Of a stretch of DNA of 64,000 nucleotides, positions 1 through 9,140 are shown piece after piece. The stretch is from contig JBDRKW010000018.1 in the NCBI GenBank assembly GCA_043813585.1, forward strand, positions 3,352-67,351, read 5' to 3'. A program made the position numbers and the translations under genes. The stretch comes from Candidatus Kerfeldbacteria bacterium (GTDB lineage Bacteria > Patescibacteriota > Patescibacteriia > UBA9570 > XYC2-FULL-38-9). The number at the start of each line of letters is the position of its first letter. Within the stretch, counting starts at the first letter, position 1. The notes under the pieces were generated by a model. It worked only from the letters and a program-made list of their open reading frames with translations, ran no database searches and was not told where the DNA came from.

Positions 1-1052
1 GCCTCATGCGTCAGGTAAAAACATTCTTTCGGGTCGCCGGGTGCCAGCACGATGCGCGGAAATTCACCCTGTGATGCGCCAAGTACCTGGTTCAAGTCGC
101 CCTGCCCGCCCCATGTCGGCAAACCGGTCGAAGGACCCGGCCGTTGCCCCATGACAACAACGCACGGGGTTTCCGCAATGCCGGCCATGCCTAACGCCTC
201 TGTCATCAGCGCGAACCCGCCGCCGGATGTTGCGGTCATGGAGCGCACGCCGGCAAATCCTGCGCCGATAATCATATTCATTGCCGCGAGCTCGTCTTCT
301 GTCTGTTTCACTACCAGGTTATAATCCTTTTCCTTCTTTGCCAGATAACTCAAAATGTCTGATGACGGCGTCATGGGGTAGGCGGCAAAGAATTTCATGC
401 CGGCCTTAATCGCACCGATCGCGATAGCCGCGTTGCCGGAAATGACAGTTTGCGGCTTGCCCTTCTTCCGCTCCAGCCGATAGCCGAACTGTTCATACTT
501 GCCCGCCACTGCTTCATATCCGGCTTCCGCCTGTTCCATATTTTCGTCCACGAGCTCCGGCTTTTTCTTGCCGAACCAGTCCTGGATCACGCCTTCAAGG
601 TTCTCGAGCGACAAGCCGAGCATCCCGAATGACGCGCCGAGCGCAACAGTGTTCCGCGCAACCTTGTCGACCTCGTGCTCTTTGGCGAACTTTGTCATCT
701 CCACCGGCACCATGATCACATCCTTGCCCTCAACAGACGGCGTTTCGTCGCCCCAGTCATCCGGATCGTAAATAACCGCCGACCCGTCGATCAATTCGTC
801 GATATGCAGGGCAATCGACTCTTTGTTCAGCGCAACAAGAAGATGCACGTCCCGCAGTTGGCTGGTGGCATGCTTGTCATTAACAAAAATCTGGTACGTA
901 TTGTGTCCTCCGCGTATTAACGAGGGATATTCCGGGTAGGCGCAGGTTTTTAACCCTGCACGGGCGCAAACCTTCGAGAAAATCATGCCGGTGGTCATAA
1001 TGCCCTCCCCGGCTGATCCGCCAATTTTCCATTGCATTCTATTGATCACCAT
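1..1052 (-). CDS. korA: 2-oxoacid:ferredoxin oxidoreductase alpha subunit (runs off the window start; 3' end missing)
   Basis: Hand translation (absent from ORF track): MVINRMQWKIGGSAGEGIMTTG...YPEYPSLIRGGHN, AAYPMTPSS, EDELAA, TATSGGGFALMTE, QRPGPSTGLPT; substrate specificity not assignable. Confidence 0.9.
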   Translation of the reverse strand, partial: MVINRMQWKIGGSAGEGIMTTGMIFSKVCARAGLKTCAYPEYPSLIRGGHNTYQIFVNDKHATSQLRDVHLLVALNKESIALHIDELIDGSAVIYDPDDWGDETPSVEGKDVIMVPVEMTKFAKEHEVDKVARNTVALGASFGMLGLSLENLEGVIQDWFGKKKPELVDENMEQAEAGYEAVAGKYEQFGYRLERKKGKPQTVISGNAAIAIGAIKAGMKFFAAYPMTPSSDILSYLAKKEKDYNLVVKQTEDELAAMNMIIGAGFAGVRSMTATSGGGFALMTEALGMAGIAETPCVVVMGQRPGPSTGLPTWGGQGDLNQVLGASQGEFPRIVLAPGDPKECFYLTHE

Positions 1053-1124
1053 GTGCATGATTGTAACAGAAAAACGCCCTTTTTGCGAGCGTTGCAGTGT
1101 GCATGGCGCGTACGGAGGGCTGAA

Positions 1125-1784
1125 TTACCCTGCAATGGAGCGGATGGCATCAAGGGTCAGTCCTTCAAAATCATGTATTTCTTTCGCTGCCCCCGCCAGG
1201 TCCTCCCGTTCGTAAGTGGTGAGCATTGCAACAACGGGTATGCCCGCCAAACGTGCGCTTTCAATGCCGACTGCGGAATCTTCAAACGCCACAACCTCGC
1301 TTGCCTGCAGGCCCAGCTGCTGCATCGCATATTCGTACGGCTCCGGGTGGGGTTTTTTGATTTTCACGTCGTCGCGTCCAACAAGCAGGTCGAAATAGTG
1401 CAGCATATTGGTTGACGTCAGGCGGTCGACAATGTTTGCATGCGTCGTGGAAGAAACAACCGCAAGGCGCAGGCCGCCATCCTTCGCCGCCTTGAGCAGC
1501 GCTTCGGCTCCGGGGACAACCGTTTTTGTAAAATCCAGCTCAGCGCGCGTGATCTCGCTCGCCTTTTGCGTCAGCTCTTCTATCAAGACATCGTCGTCAA
1601 TGCCGCGCGCCGCAAACAGGTGCAGCAGGCGGTCGTAGTAGGTCAGTCCGACGAACGCTTTCATTTCATCTGCGTCAACCGTTTCATTAAAATGCTCCTC
1701 AAAAACGCGCCGCACCACAGACTGGTGCATGTTCTCGGTTTTGTAGAGCGTACCGTCGAGGTCGAAGAGCAGTCCCTTAAGCAT
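1125..1784 (-). CDS. HAD family phosphatase (beta-PGM/CbbY-like)
   Basis: FDLDGTL, KKPHPEPY and AFEDS motifs. Confidence 0.9.
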   Translation of the reverse strand: MLKGLLFDLDGTLYKTENMHQSVVRRVFEEHFNETVDADEMKAFVGLTYYDRLLHLFAARGIDDDVLIEELTQKASEITRAELDFTKTVVPGAEALLKAAKDGGLRLAVVSSTTHANIVDRLTSTNMLHYFDLLVGRDDVKIKKPHPEPYEYAMQQLGLQASEVVAFEDSAVGIESARLAGIPVVAMLTTYEREDLAGAAKEIHDFEGLTLDAIRSIAG

Positions 1785-1847
1785 AGTGATGGAATAGAAT
1801 AGCCGCTCGTCGCGGAAACGGCCGAGCGGCTACAGGCATAATGATAA

Positions 1848-2129
1848 TTAGTGTGCGCTTTCTACAGTAACGTCGCCTTCAATCTTGCACTGGCAGGCCA
1901 GGCGCTGGTTCGGTTCGGCGCCCATCGCGTTGAGCGTCTCTTTTTCGTGCTCTTCAATGTCCGACATGTTGTCTTCACCTTCCACAACGTTAATCAGGCA
2001 GGTTCCGCAGACGCCCTGCTCGCACCCGAACGGAATATTGGAGCCGACTTCCTCGGCAGTCTCCTTCAGGCTTGCGCCGAATTCAACATCCATCTCGAGA
2101 TCATCGTCCTTGAATCGTACCGTAGGCAT
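1848..2129 (-). CDS. [2Fe-2S] ferredoxin
   Basis: CEQGVCGTC...RLACQ, acidic; start taken at MPTVRF. Confidence 0.9.
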   Translation of the reverse strand: MPTVRFKDDDLEMDVEFGASLKETAEEVGSNIPFGCEQGVCGTCLINVVEGEDNMSDIEEHEKETLNAMGAEPNQRLACQCKIEGDVTVESAH

Positions 2130-2224
2130 TTTTGTTTCGCGTAATTTTAAATCGGCCTCATTATAGCACGCATGTTTCTTGGCGCAAGAACTATCCACAG
2201 GCCGTTGTGTATTGCCCGCGGACA

Positions 2225-2253
2225 TTGACTTTTCTGTACCGGTTCGCTAGACT
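2225..2253 (+). promoter_or_regulatory. sigma70-like promoter of tRNA cluster
   Basis: TTGACT-N17-TAGACT. Confidence 0.6.
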
Positions 2254-2275
2254 GCACTAGCATTTTTTTGCGTGA

Positions 2276-2349
2276 GCGCCCGTAGCTCAATTGGATAGAG
2301 CGCTTGGCTTCGGACCAAGAGGTTCTGGGTTCGACTCCTGGCGGGCGCA
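2276..2349 (+). tRNA. tRNA-Arg(TCG)
   Basis: Cloverleaf; anticodon arm CTTGG-CT-TCG-GA-CCAAG. Confidence 0.93.
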
Positions 2350-2373
2350 CATCCAAGGCATCTGCAATCGCAT

Positions 2374-2445
2374 GCCCAGGTCGTTCAACGGATAGGACGC
2401 TGGCCTCCGGAGCTGGAAATGCAGGTTCGATTCCTGCCTTGGGCA
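2374..2445 (+). tRNA. tRNA-Arg(CCG)
   Basis: Cloverleaf; CTGGC-CT-CCG-GA-GCTGG. Confidence 0.9.
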
Positions 2446-2454
2446 CAAACACAG

Positions 2455-2527
2455 GGGCGCATAGCTCAGCTGGTAGAGCAGTTGGCTCTTAACCAATTTG
2501 TCGGGGGTTCGAATCCCTCTGCGCCCA
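2455..2527 (+). tRNA. tRNA-Lys(CTT)
   Basis: Cloverleaf; GTTGG-CT-CTT-AA-CCAAT. Confidence 0.95.
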
Positions 2528-2528
2528 C

Positions 2529-2742
2529 AAAAAGAAAACAGCCCCTTTAGGGGTTGTTTTCTTTTTTATGAGTTCATGCGGAGGGATGAGAACCGAAGGT
2601 TCGGGCGCCGAGCGAGCGAAGAAGCACAAACGCGTTTGTATTTCTGAGCGAGCGCTGGCGCAAGCGGGAGCGCAGCGACTGCGCATCCCTCTGCGCCCAC
2701 ATCTAAAGAAAAGCGTTCCCTTCTGGGAGCGTTTTTCTTTTT
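2529..2742 (+). repeat. tRNA-Lys tail module: terminator, inverted T-arm copy, structured core, duplicated tRNA 3' end, terminator
   Basis: ATCCCTCTGCGCCCACA at 2513-2529 and 2685-2701; GCGGAGGGAT (2578-2587) complements it; hairpin plus U-tract at 2529-2567 and 2705-2742. Confidence 0.8.
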
Positions 2743-2773
2743 GACGAGAATGCATAGAGGGATATGAACCCGG

Positions 2774-4543
2774 CTATTGCATCTGTTTTTGGTACTCGTC
2801 CCAGAGCTCCTTGAACTCCGGTGAAGTTGAGAGCAGCTGGTCTGACGTGCCCGAGGCAATCACCCTGCCGTTATCGAACATATACACGCGGTCAAACAGC
2901 GCCAGCAGGTGCAGCCGATGCACGGAAGCGATAATTGTCTTAGTTGGGTACTGCTCAAACACGTTCCTGAAGATCTTCAGCTCATTCATCGCGTCCACAC
3001 TGCTGGTCGGCTCGTCCATAAGCACAATCTCCTTATCTTCCGAAGCCATCAGCCCGCGCGCCAAGGCCAGCCGCTGCTTCTCGCCGCCGGATAGGTTGAC
3101 GCCCCTCTCCACTATTGAAGAATCAAAACCATTCGGCAGCCCCTCGGCAACACGAGTAAACTCCGCCAAGTCGGTAAACCGGTGCACCTCCTTCATGGTG
3201 CGCGCAATACCCATAGTGATGTTGTTCTTGATAGTTGCGGTGAAAATCTCCGGATCCTGTGGAATCAGCGCAATCGAATCGCTTATCGACTCAAACCCAT
3301 CCTCCGTCTCGTCCCCGTCAACACACACAGTGACGCTCTGCGGAATGTACAGCCCCCGGATCAGCTTGAGCATGGTCGTCTTACCGCTGCCGCTCTCTCC
3401 GATGAATGCGATCTTCTCGCCGTGACGGATATCCATGGACACGCCGTCGATGTGCACATCGCCCTCTTCGCCTTCATACGAAAACTGGCAGTCCTGAATG
3501 CCCAGCGTCTTCCAGTCCTGGTCGACACGCACCTGTTTGATCCTTTTCATCTTTACAAAGTCATCGGAAAGTTCTTCGGCATTGGAAATCTGCGTCTTGT
3601 ACTTGACCCGCTCGCCGTAGACGTATGCGAACCGGTAAAAGCCCTCGGTTGCGCGCATCAGGTAGCCGAACAGCGCATAGACGGTCCCTACCAGCAGCAC
3701 CGTGCCTGCGGAAATGCTCTGCCACAGGTACAGCGCCATGATGCAGAACAGCATCAGCGAACTCGTGAGCGTGACCAGGAACCATTTTGTCTCGCTCATC
3801 GCCTGGTTCCGTATGAATAGTTTGAGCGGCTTGAACATGGTTTTTACGATGTCTGACAGCACCACCTTCTGGATGCGCAGGATGATAATCGTGGTGATAT
3901 TGCTGATCGTGTCGTAGACCTTTGCGGTGATCTGGTTTTCAAACCGAAGCAGGATGCGCAGCTGGCGGATAAGCACGCGGTCAAACAGAACAATCATGGT
4001 CATGATTACAACGATAAACCCGACAAGCGTCAGGCCTGAGGTGAAACTGAACCAGAACAGGATAGCAATCGCGCCGGTGAACCGGATTCCCAGATCGGTC
4101 AGCTCAAACACCTGGCTGCCGAAATCATAGGTTGCGTGGGCGCCTTTTTCCACCTTATCGATCGTATCCCCGGAATGGTGGTCCGTATGCCACTCGGCCG
4201 GCAGCGCCAGCACGCCGCCCAGCAGGTGCTTGCGCACATTCAGCCGGGCCAGGAACGCGTTGCGGTGCTCCATCACGCGCGACGGGCCGTGGAATACCCA
4301 GAACGCCAAACCGATCGCGACGAACGCGCCAAGCCAGAAAAGGATCGCCCCATAGGATTCGCTCGTTACGCCCTGCTCCTGAACGATATTGAGAATCTGG
4401 GCTGTGATCAGCGGCTCCGCCAGGTTAATTGCGTTCGCGATGAGCGAAAGAACGATAAACAATACAAAATGCCGCCGGTTGCCTTCGGAGAAGCGCCACA
4501 GGTGTTTGAATAGATATGATATTGGGTCGTTGAACAGTTTCAT
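2774..4543 (-). CDS. ABC exporter, fused permease/ATP-binding protein
   Basis: TM N-terminal half, Walker A GESGSGKT, LSGGEKQR signature, LMDEPT; start at MKLFND. Confidence 0.92.
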   Translation of the reverse strand: MKLFNDPISYLFKHLWRFSEGNRRHFVLFIVLSLIANAINLAEPLITAQILNIVQEQGVTSESYGAILFWLGAFVAIGLAFWVFHGPSRVMEHRNAFLARLNVRKHLLGGVLALPAEWHTDHHSGDTIDKVEKGAHATYDFGSQVFELTDLGIRFTGAIAILFWFSFTSGLTLVGFIVVIMTMIVLFDRVLIRQLRILLRFENQITAKVYDTISNITTIIILRIQKVVLSDIVKTMFKPLKLFIRNQAMSETKWFLVTLTSSLMLFCIMALYLWQSISAGTVLLVGTVYALFGYLMRATEGFYRFAYVYGERVKYKTQISNAEELSDDFVKMKRIKQVRVDQDWKTLGIQDCQFSYEGEEGDVHIDGVSMDIRHGEKIAFIGESGSGKTTMLKLIRGLYIPQSVTVCVDGDETEDGFESISDSIALIPQDPEIFTATIKNNITMGIARTMKEVHRFTDLAEFTRVAEGLPNGFDSSIVERGVNLSGGEKQRLALARGLMASEDKEIVLMDEPTSSVDAMNELKIFRNVFEQYPTKTIIASVHRLHLLALFDRVYMFDNGRVIASGTSDQLLSTSPEFKELWDEYQKQMQ

Positions 4544-4607
4544 AACGCGAGAAAGATTATAAACGAAAAAGCCGTGTTTGTCACGGCCTTTCCTTGTAAT
4601 CGATGAA

Positions 4608-4955
4608 TTACGCTTCCGGAGAAGCCGTGGGAGGTTCAGGTTCTGAAGGTGCTGCAGGAGCAGGTTTCTGCGCAGGCGATTGTTTGAGCGCATCTTTAAG
4701 CGCCTTGCCTGCCTTGAATTTAGGGATGGTGACAGACGGAATCTGGATCCGCTGCGAAGGATTTTGGGGGTCCACACCCATGCGGGCTGACCGGAACTTC
4801 GGCATAAACGCCCCAAAGCCCGTAATGGTCACCTCTTCACCTTTTTTTAGTGTTTCGGTAACCGTGTTCACGAACGATTCCAAAAAATCTTCGGCCTGTT
4901 TTTTAGACATGCCTGTTTTTTCGGCGATTGTTTCTGCAAGTAGTGCTTTGTTCAT
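4608..4955 (-). CDS. hup: HU family DNA-binding protein with Pro/Ala-rich C-terminal tail
   Basis: MNKALL...ITGFGAF...R.GVDPQ...PKFKAGKALKD. Confidence 0.92.
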   Translation of the reverse strand: MNKALLAETIAEKTGMSKKQAEDFLESFVNTVTETLKKGEEVTITGFGAFMPKFRSARMGVDPQNPSQRIQIPSVTIPKFKAGKALKDALKQSPAQKPAPAAPSEPEPPTASPEA

Positions 4956-5001
4956 GGTTGACACCCCCTTTCAAATCTTCTTTTTGGCTAATGTCAGTAT
5001 A

Positions 5002-5796
5002 TTACAACGCCACAATGCGGTCAATTCGTTCGATCGAAACCGCCTTGCGGGCCGTTTCATCGATATTGACCGCCACGCCCTGCACCACGCCGCTGTCTAC
5101 ATCAGTTGGAGGCTCCAAATGTATCTCAATTTGCTGTGCAACCTTCTTGATTGCGAGCTGTTTGTTCATTCCGATGGAAGAATCCACCGCTCCGCACATG
5201 CCAAGGTCGGTAATATACCCTGTTCCCTTTGGCATGATCTGTTCATCAGCCGTGGGAACGTGGGTATGCGTCCCCACAACCAGGGTTGCGCGGCCGTCAA
5301 CATACCAGCTGAAGCAGCGCTTCTCTCCGGTGGCTTCTGCATGAAGGTCAACGATCGTGATCGCCTCCATGCCGTGCTCCCTGTAGATCTGGTCAAACAC
5401 GTCAAACGGAGAACGCACCTCGTCATCGGTGGTAAACGCCTGGCCGATCAGGTTGATCAGCACCACAGGCGCACCGTTCACTGTTGTAGCCACCAGTTCG
5501 CGGCCCGGCATCTTTTGCACATAGTTGGCGGGCACGGCAATATAGTCCGGATCCGTGTCCAGCAGCTCAACGCCGCGCACGTTCTTCCATACATGGTTGC
5601 CTGCAGTGAATAGGTCCACTCCCGCATCGCGCAGGCCGTCAATGACATCTGGCGTAATGCCGAAGCCGTGTGCCGCATTTTCCGCATTCGCTATCACAAG
5701 GTCTGCGCCGAACTCTTCGCGCAGGCCCGGCAATATGGTCTGCAGCGCAACACGGCCGGGCCTGCCGACAATGTCACCGAAGAAGAGCACGTTCAT
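5002..5796 (-). CDS. ymdB: YmdB/TIGR00282 metallophosphoesterase
   Basis: GDIVGRPG, NAEN, GNH, DLHAEAT, GTHTHV; follows rny. Confidence 0.92.
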   Translation of the reverse strand: MNVLFFGDIVGRPGRVALQTILPGLREEFGADLVIANAENAAHGFGITPDVIDGLRDAGVDLFTAGNHVWKNVRGVELLDTDPDYIAVPANYVQKMPGRELVATTVNGAPVVLINLIGQAFTTDDEVRSPFDVFDQIYREHGMEAITIVDLHAEATGEKRCFSWYVDGRATLVVGTHTHVPTADEQIMPKGTGYITDLGMCGAVDSSIGMNKQLAIKKVAQQIEIHLEPPTDVDSGVVQGVAVNIDETARKAVSIERIDRIVAL

Positions 5797-5805
5797 ATGC
5801 GTACG

Positions 5806-7320
5806 TTAGCGCGCGTACTCGATAATGCGCGTCTCGCGGATCACGTTCACTTTGATCTCCCCCGGATATTTCAATTCTTCTTCAATCTTTTTTGCTACGT
5901 TCTTGGCCAGCTGATGTGCGGCAAAGTCATCAATCTTGCCCGGCTCAACGAATACGCGGACCTCGCGGCCTGCCTGGATTGCATACACTTTCTGAACGCC
6001 CTCAAACGCCTTGGCTGTCTTCTCCAGTTCTTCGAGGCGCTGGATATACTGTTCGTACGTGTCTTTGCGCGCGCCCGGACGGCCGCCGGAAATGGTGTCG
6101 GCAACCTTCACGATGACCGCTTCAATGGAAGGCGGGGCATCATCATGGTGGCAGAACGCCGCGTCAGACATCTCCTGGGAGAAACCGAACTTGCGGCCGA
6201 CATCGCGGCCGATATCCGGATGCGTTCCCTGGATCTCGTGGTCCAGCGCCTTTCCGATATCATGGAACAGGCCGGCTTTCTTGCAGAGTGTTGCGTCTGC
6301 GCCCAGTTCTTCGGCAATCAGCGCGGCCAGGTGCGCAACTTCAATAGAGTGGCGCAACACGTTCTGGCCATAGCTTGTGCGGTAGCGCAGGCGTCCCAGC
6401 AGCTGTGTCATCTTCGGGTCAATGCCTGCAAGGCCTGTTTCATACAGCGCTTCCTCGCCGGCTTTTTTGATTTCCTTGGACAGTTCTTTCCGCGCCTGCT
6501 CAACCGTCTCTTCAATCTTGGTTGGATGAATTCGGCCGTCCTGAATCAGCTTCTCGAGTGCCCGTTTTGCCAGGTGGCGGCGGATCGGGGAGAACGCAGA
6601 GATCAAAATCGTCTCCGGCGTGTCGTCAACAATAACCTCAACGCCGGTGAGTTCCTCCAGGCTCTTGATGTTCCGGCCTTCGCGGCCGATAATGCGGCCT
6701 TTCATCTCGTCAGAAGGCAGCGCCAGGACCGTTGAGGTCGTTTCTGCCGCATGCGACAGGCTGCACCGCTGAATCGCTTCGGTCAGGATGCGCTTTGCAG
6801 TCTCGTCATACACTTCAGACGATTCCTGCTGCAGCTTCTGCACGCGCGACGCGAGCGATTCGCCCATCTCTTTCTCCACATTGTTCAGCAGGACTTCTTT
6901 TGCCTGCTCGCGATTGAGCTCGGCAATCTTTTCCAGCTTCTCCATCTGCACTTTTTTGATTTCGAGGAGTTTCTTTTTTGCCCGATGGATGTCTTCGTTC
7001 TGTTGCTGTACGTCCTCTTTCTGTTGTTCAAGCTCCATCAGCTTTTTATCGAACATCGTTTCGCGCTTCTCAAGACGATCCTGCATCTTCAGGACCTCTC
7101 CGCGGCGCTGCTGTTCTTCCTTCTTCGCTTCGTCAATAACCTGCAGCGCCTTGTCTTTGGATTCGAGCAGGATTTCCTGCTGCTTGACTTTCGCCTCCTT
7201 AACCATCCGGGTGGCCTTTGCTTCTGCAGAGTTTTTGGCAGCCTTTGCCTTCAATTGGCGTGCGAGCCATCCGGCTCCGATGCCAACCACCAGCGCAACT
7301 GCTCCAATTACAATTTCCAT
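5806..7320 (-). CDS. rny: Ribonuclease Y
   Basis: N-terminal TM, coiled coil, KH domain (KGRIIGREGRNI), HD domain (HDIGK). Confidence 0.97.
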   Translation of the reverse strand: MEIVIGAVALVVGIGAGWLARQLKAKAAKNSAEAKATRMVKEAKVKQQEILLESKDKALQVIDEAKKEEQQRRGEVLKMQDRLEKRETMFDKKLMELEQQKEDVQQQNEDIHRAKKKLLEIKKVQMEKLEKIAELNREQAKEVLLNNVEKEMGESLASRVQKLQQESSEVYDETAKRILTEAIQRCSLSHAAETTSTVLALPSDEMKGRIIGREGRNIKSLEELTGVEVIVDDTPETILISAFSPIRRHLAKRALEKLIQDGRIHPTKIEETVEQARKELSKEIKKAGEEALYETGLAGIDPKMTQLLGRLRYRTSYGQNVLRHSIEVAHLAALIAEELGADATLCKKAGLFHDIGKALDHEIQGTHPDIGRDVGRKFGFSQEMSDAAFCHHDDAPPSIEAVIVKVADTISGGRPGARKDTYEQYIQRLEELEKTAKAFEGVQKVYAIQAGREVRVFVEPGKIDDFAAHQLAKNVAKKIEEELKYPGEIKVNVIRETRIIEYAR

Positions 7321-7338
7321 ACGTGTATCCCTTCGTAT

Positions 7339-7505
7339 GGCGATAATCAGGCTAACCGCTGCACCAGAAACGTAGCGTTCTCCTTGAAGAACTCCCTACG
7401 TAAAAAATGAGAACTAATTATGGTGTGTTATTCACTTGATTCGAGTGAAATAGCCAAGTTACAACCCCTCTGGTCAACCAGTACAGCCAATCAACGATTA
7501 TCGCC
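7339..7505 (-). ncRNA. Candidate structured RNA in the rny leader (6S-like position or cis-regulator)
   Basis: 10-bp closing helix GGCGATAATC/GATTATCGCC with nested helices; promoter TTGACG-N17-TACACT at 7558-7530. Confidence 0.5.
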
Positions 7506-7614
7506 TTAGATATTAATTAATGTATTCGTAGTGTAGCCACTTGGCTTGCGGCCGTCAAGAAAACAAACAAAAAACCCCCATTTTGCGGGGGTTTTGATAT
7601 GTACGTCGCCCTGA

Positions 7615-8517
7615 TTATAATTTTTGCTGGAGATTGATCCAAAATTGGTTGCCTGCGCGGGCCTGGATAGTTTTTGCGGCGTCGCCCTGCACCACGGCAA
7701 TTTCGAGCGTTCCCCACGAGCCCATATACCCCACCAGCGTGCCTTTTTCGACATCGTCGAACGTGCGCACCATGGTGAATTCGTATACGCCGGACAGAAC
7801 CTGCAGGATATACCGCTGGCCAATTTCCAGACCTTCGAGAGAATGGATGAGCGACTTCAGGTTGCCGAATCCGTCGCGGTGAACAAAGGTATTTGGGGAG
7901 ATCTCCAGGTCAATCAGCTTGTCCGGATTCATTTTTTTCCCGAGCTTTTCAAACGGTATGCCGGCAACCAGGCGCCCCGCATTCTTCGCAAAGACGTCGC
8001 GGCCGTGGAACGTTGACGAAGGCCCTTCTGTGGTTGGGAGCTGGACGCAGCCGGTAACTTCATTTTCCAGCATCGCCGGATAGAACAGCCCGTTGTCCGG
8101 ACCGATAAGATAGACGTCGCCGCCGGTTTTATGGTGTTTTACCCGGATGCAAACGCACAGCCGGTCCGAGCCCACGCCCGGATCGATCACGCCGACGTGG
8201 ACATGCGGCGTCGGGTAGTAGCGCACGACCTCGCGAATCGCAAAGCCGCCTTCAATAATATTAAACGGGTCGATCATATCTGTAATGATCTCGACGCTAG
8301 CCGCCGCATGATGCGATTTGATCATGCCGACCATCTGGCCGGTTGGGAGGCTTTCCTGGAAGTCAGTCGTAATCGTGGCGCCCATGACCGGAAACTCCGG
8401 CCGCTTCATATCAACGATCGATTTCAGCTTGCCGCCTTCGGCAGAAGGTGTGCCGCGTTTCAACTTTGATCCCGGGTGGGAAATGGGTTTGCGTTTGGCT
8501 TTCTTTTTTGCTGGCAT
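7615..8517 (-). CDS. SAM hydroxide adenosyltransferase / DUF62 (chlorinase-fluorinase superfamily)
   Basis: TTDF, VIDPGVGS.R, GPDNG, STFHGRDVFA, DGFGN. Confidence 0.88.
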   Translation of the reverse strand: MPAKKKAKRKPISHPGSKLKRGTPSAEGGKLKSIVDMKRPEFPVMGATITTDFQESLPTGQMVGMIKSHHAAASVEIITDMIDPFNIIEGGFAIREVVRYYPTPHVHVGVIDPGVGSDRLCVCIRVKHHKTGGDVYLIGPDNGLFYPAMLENEVTGCVQLPTTEGPSSTFHGRDVFAKNAGRLVAGIPFEKLGKKMNPDKLIDLEISPNTFVHRDGFGNLKSLIHSLEGLEIGQRYILQVLSGVYEFTMVRTFDDVEKGTLVGYMGSWGTLEIAVVQGDAAKTIQARAGNQFWINLQQKL

Positions 8518-8525
8518 GGGTACGT

Positions 8526-9134
8526 TTATTTGATGATTTTATCGATAATGCCGTATTTCTTCGCGTCATCAGCCGACATGAAGAAATCGCGGTCTGAATC
8601 TTGTTCAATTTGCGAGAGCGGCTGGCCGGTGTGGCTCGCAAGGATCTTATTCAACCGGTCTTTTACCTTTAATATATGCTCGGCTGCAATTTTAATATCC
8701 GCGGCCTGGCCTTCCGCGCCGCCCATCACCTGGTGGATCATCATTTCTGCGTTCGGCAGGGCAAAGCGCTTGCCTTTTGCGCCGGCGGCAAGCAGTGTTG
8801 CGCCCATGGATGCCGCGATACCCACACAGATGGTGGAAACATCCGGCTTAATGTATCGCATCGTGTCATAAATGGCCATGCCGCCAGTTACTGAACCGCC
8901 TGGCGAGTTGATATATATTTTAATGTCCTTTTCCGAGTCCTGCGATTCCAAAAACAACAGCTGCGCGATGATCGTGTTCGCAACACCGTCGTCAATCGGC
9001 GAACCGAGGAAAATAATCCGCTCCTTTAACAGGCGCGAATAGATATCATACGCCCGCTCGCCGTATTGCGATTTTTCAATCACGGTCGGGATGAGGTATG
9101 AATTATTCATTTCTTCGTTTTTTGCGTCGTTCAT
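8526..9134 (-). CDS. clpP: ATP-dependent Clp protease proteolytic subunit
   Basis: [33 protein letters not shown]; start may be 9110. Confidence 0.97.
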   Translation of the reverse strand: MNDAKNEEMNNSYLIPTVIEKSQYGERAYDIYSRLLKERIIFLGSPIDDGVANTIIAQLLFLESQDSEKDIKIYINSPGGSVTGGMAIYDTMRYIKPDVSTICVGIAASMGATLLAAGAKGKRFALPNAEMMIHQVMGGAEGQAADIKIAAEHILKVKDRLNKILASHTGQPLSQIEQDSDRDFFMSADDAKKYGIIDKIIK

Positions 9135-9140
9135 GATGGT

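Noticed and set aside
4603-7410. Long plus-strand ORFs (336, 355 and 219 aa)
   Set aside because: Antisense shadows of HU, ymdB and rny.
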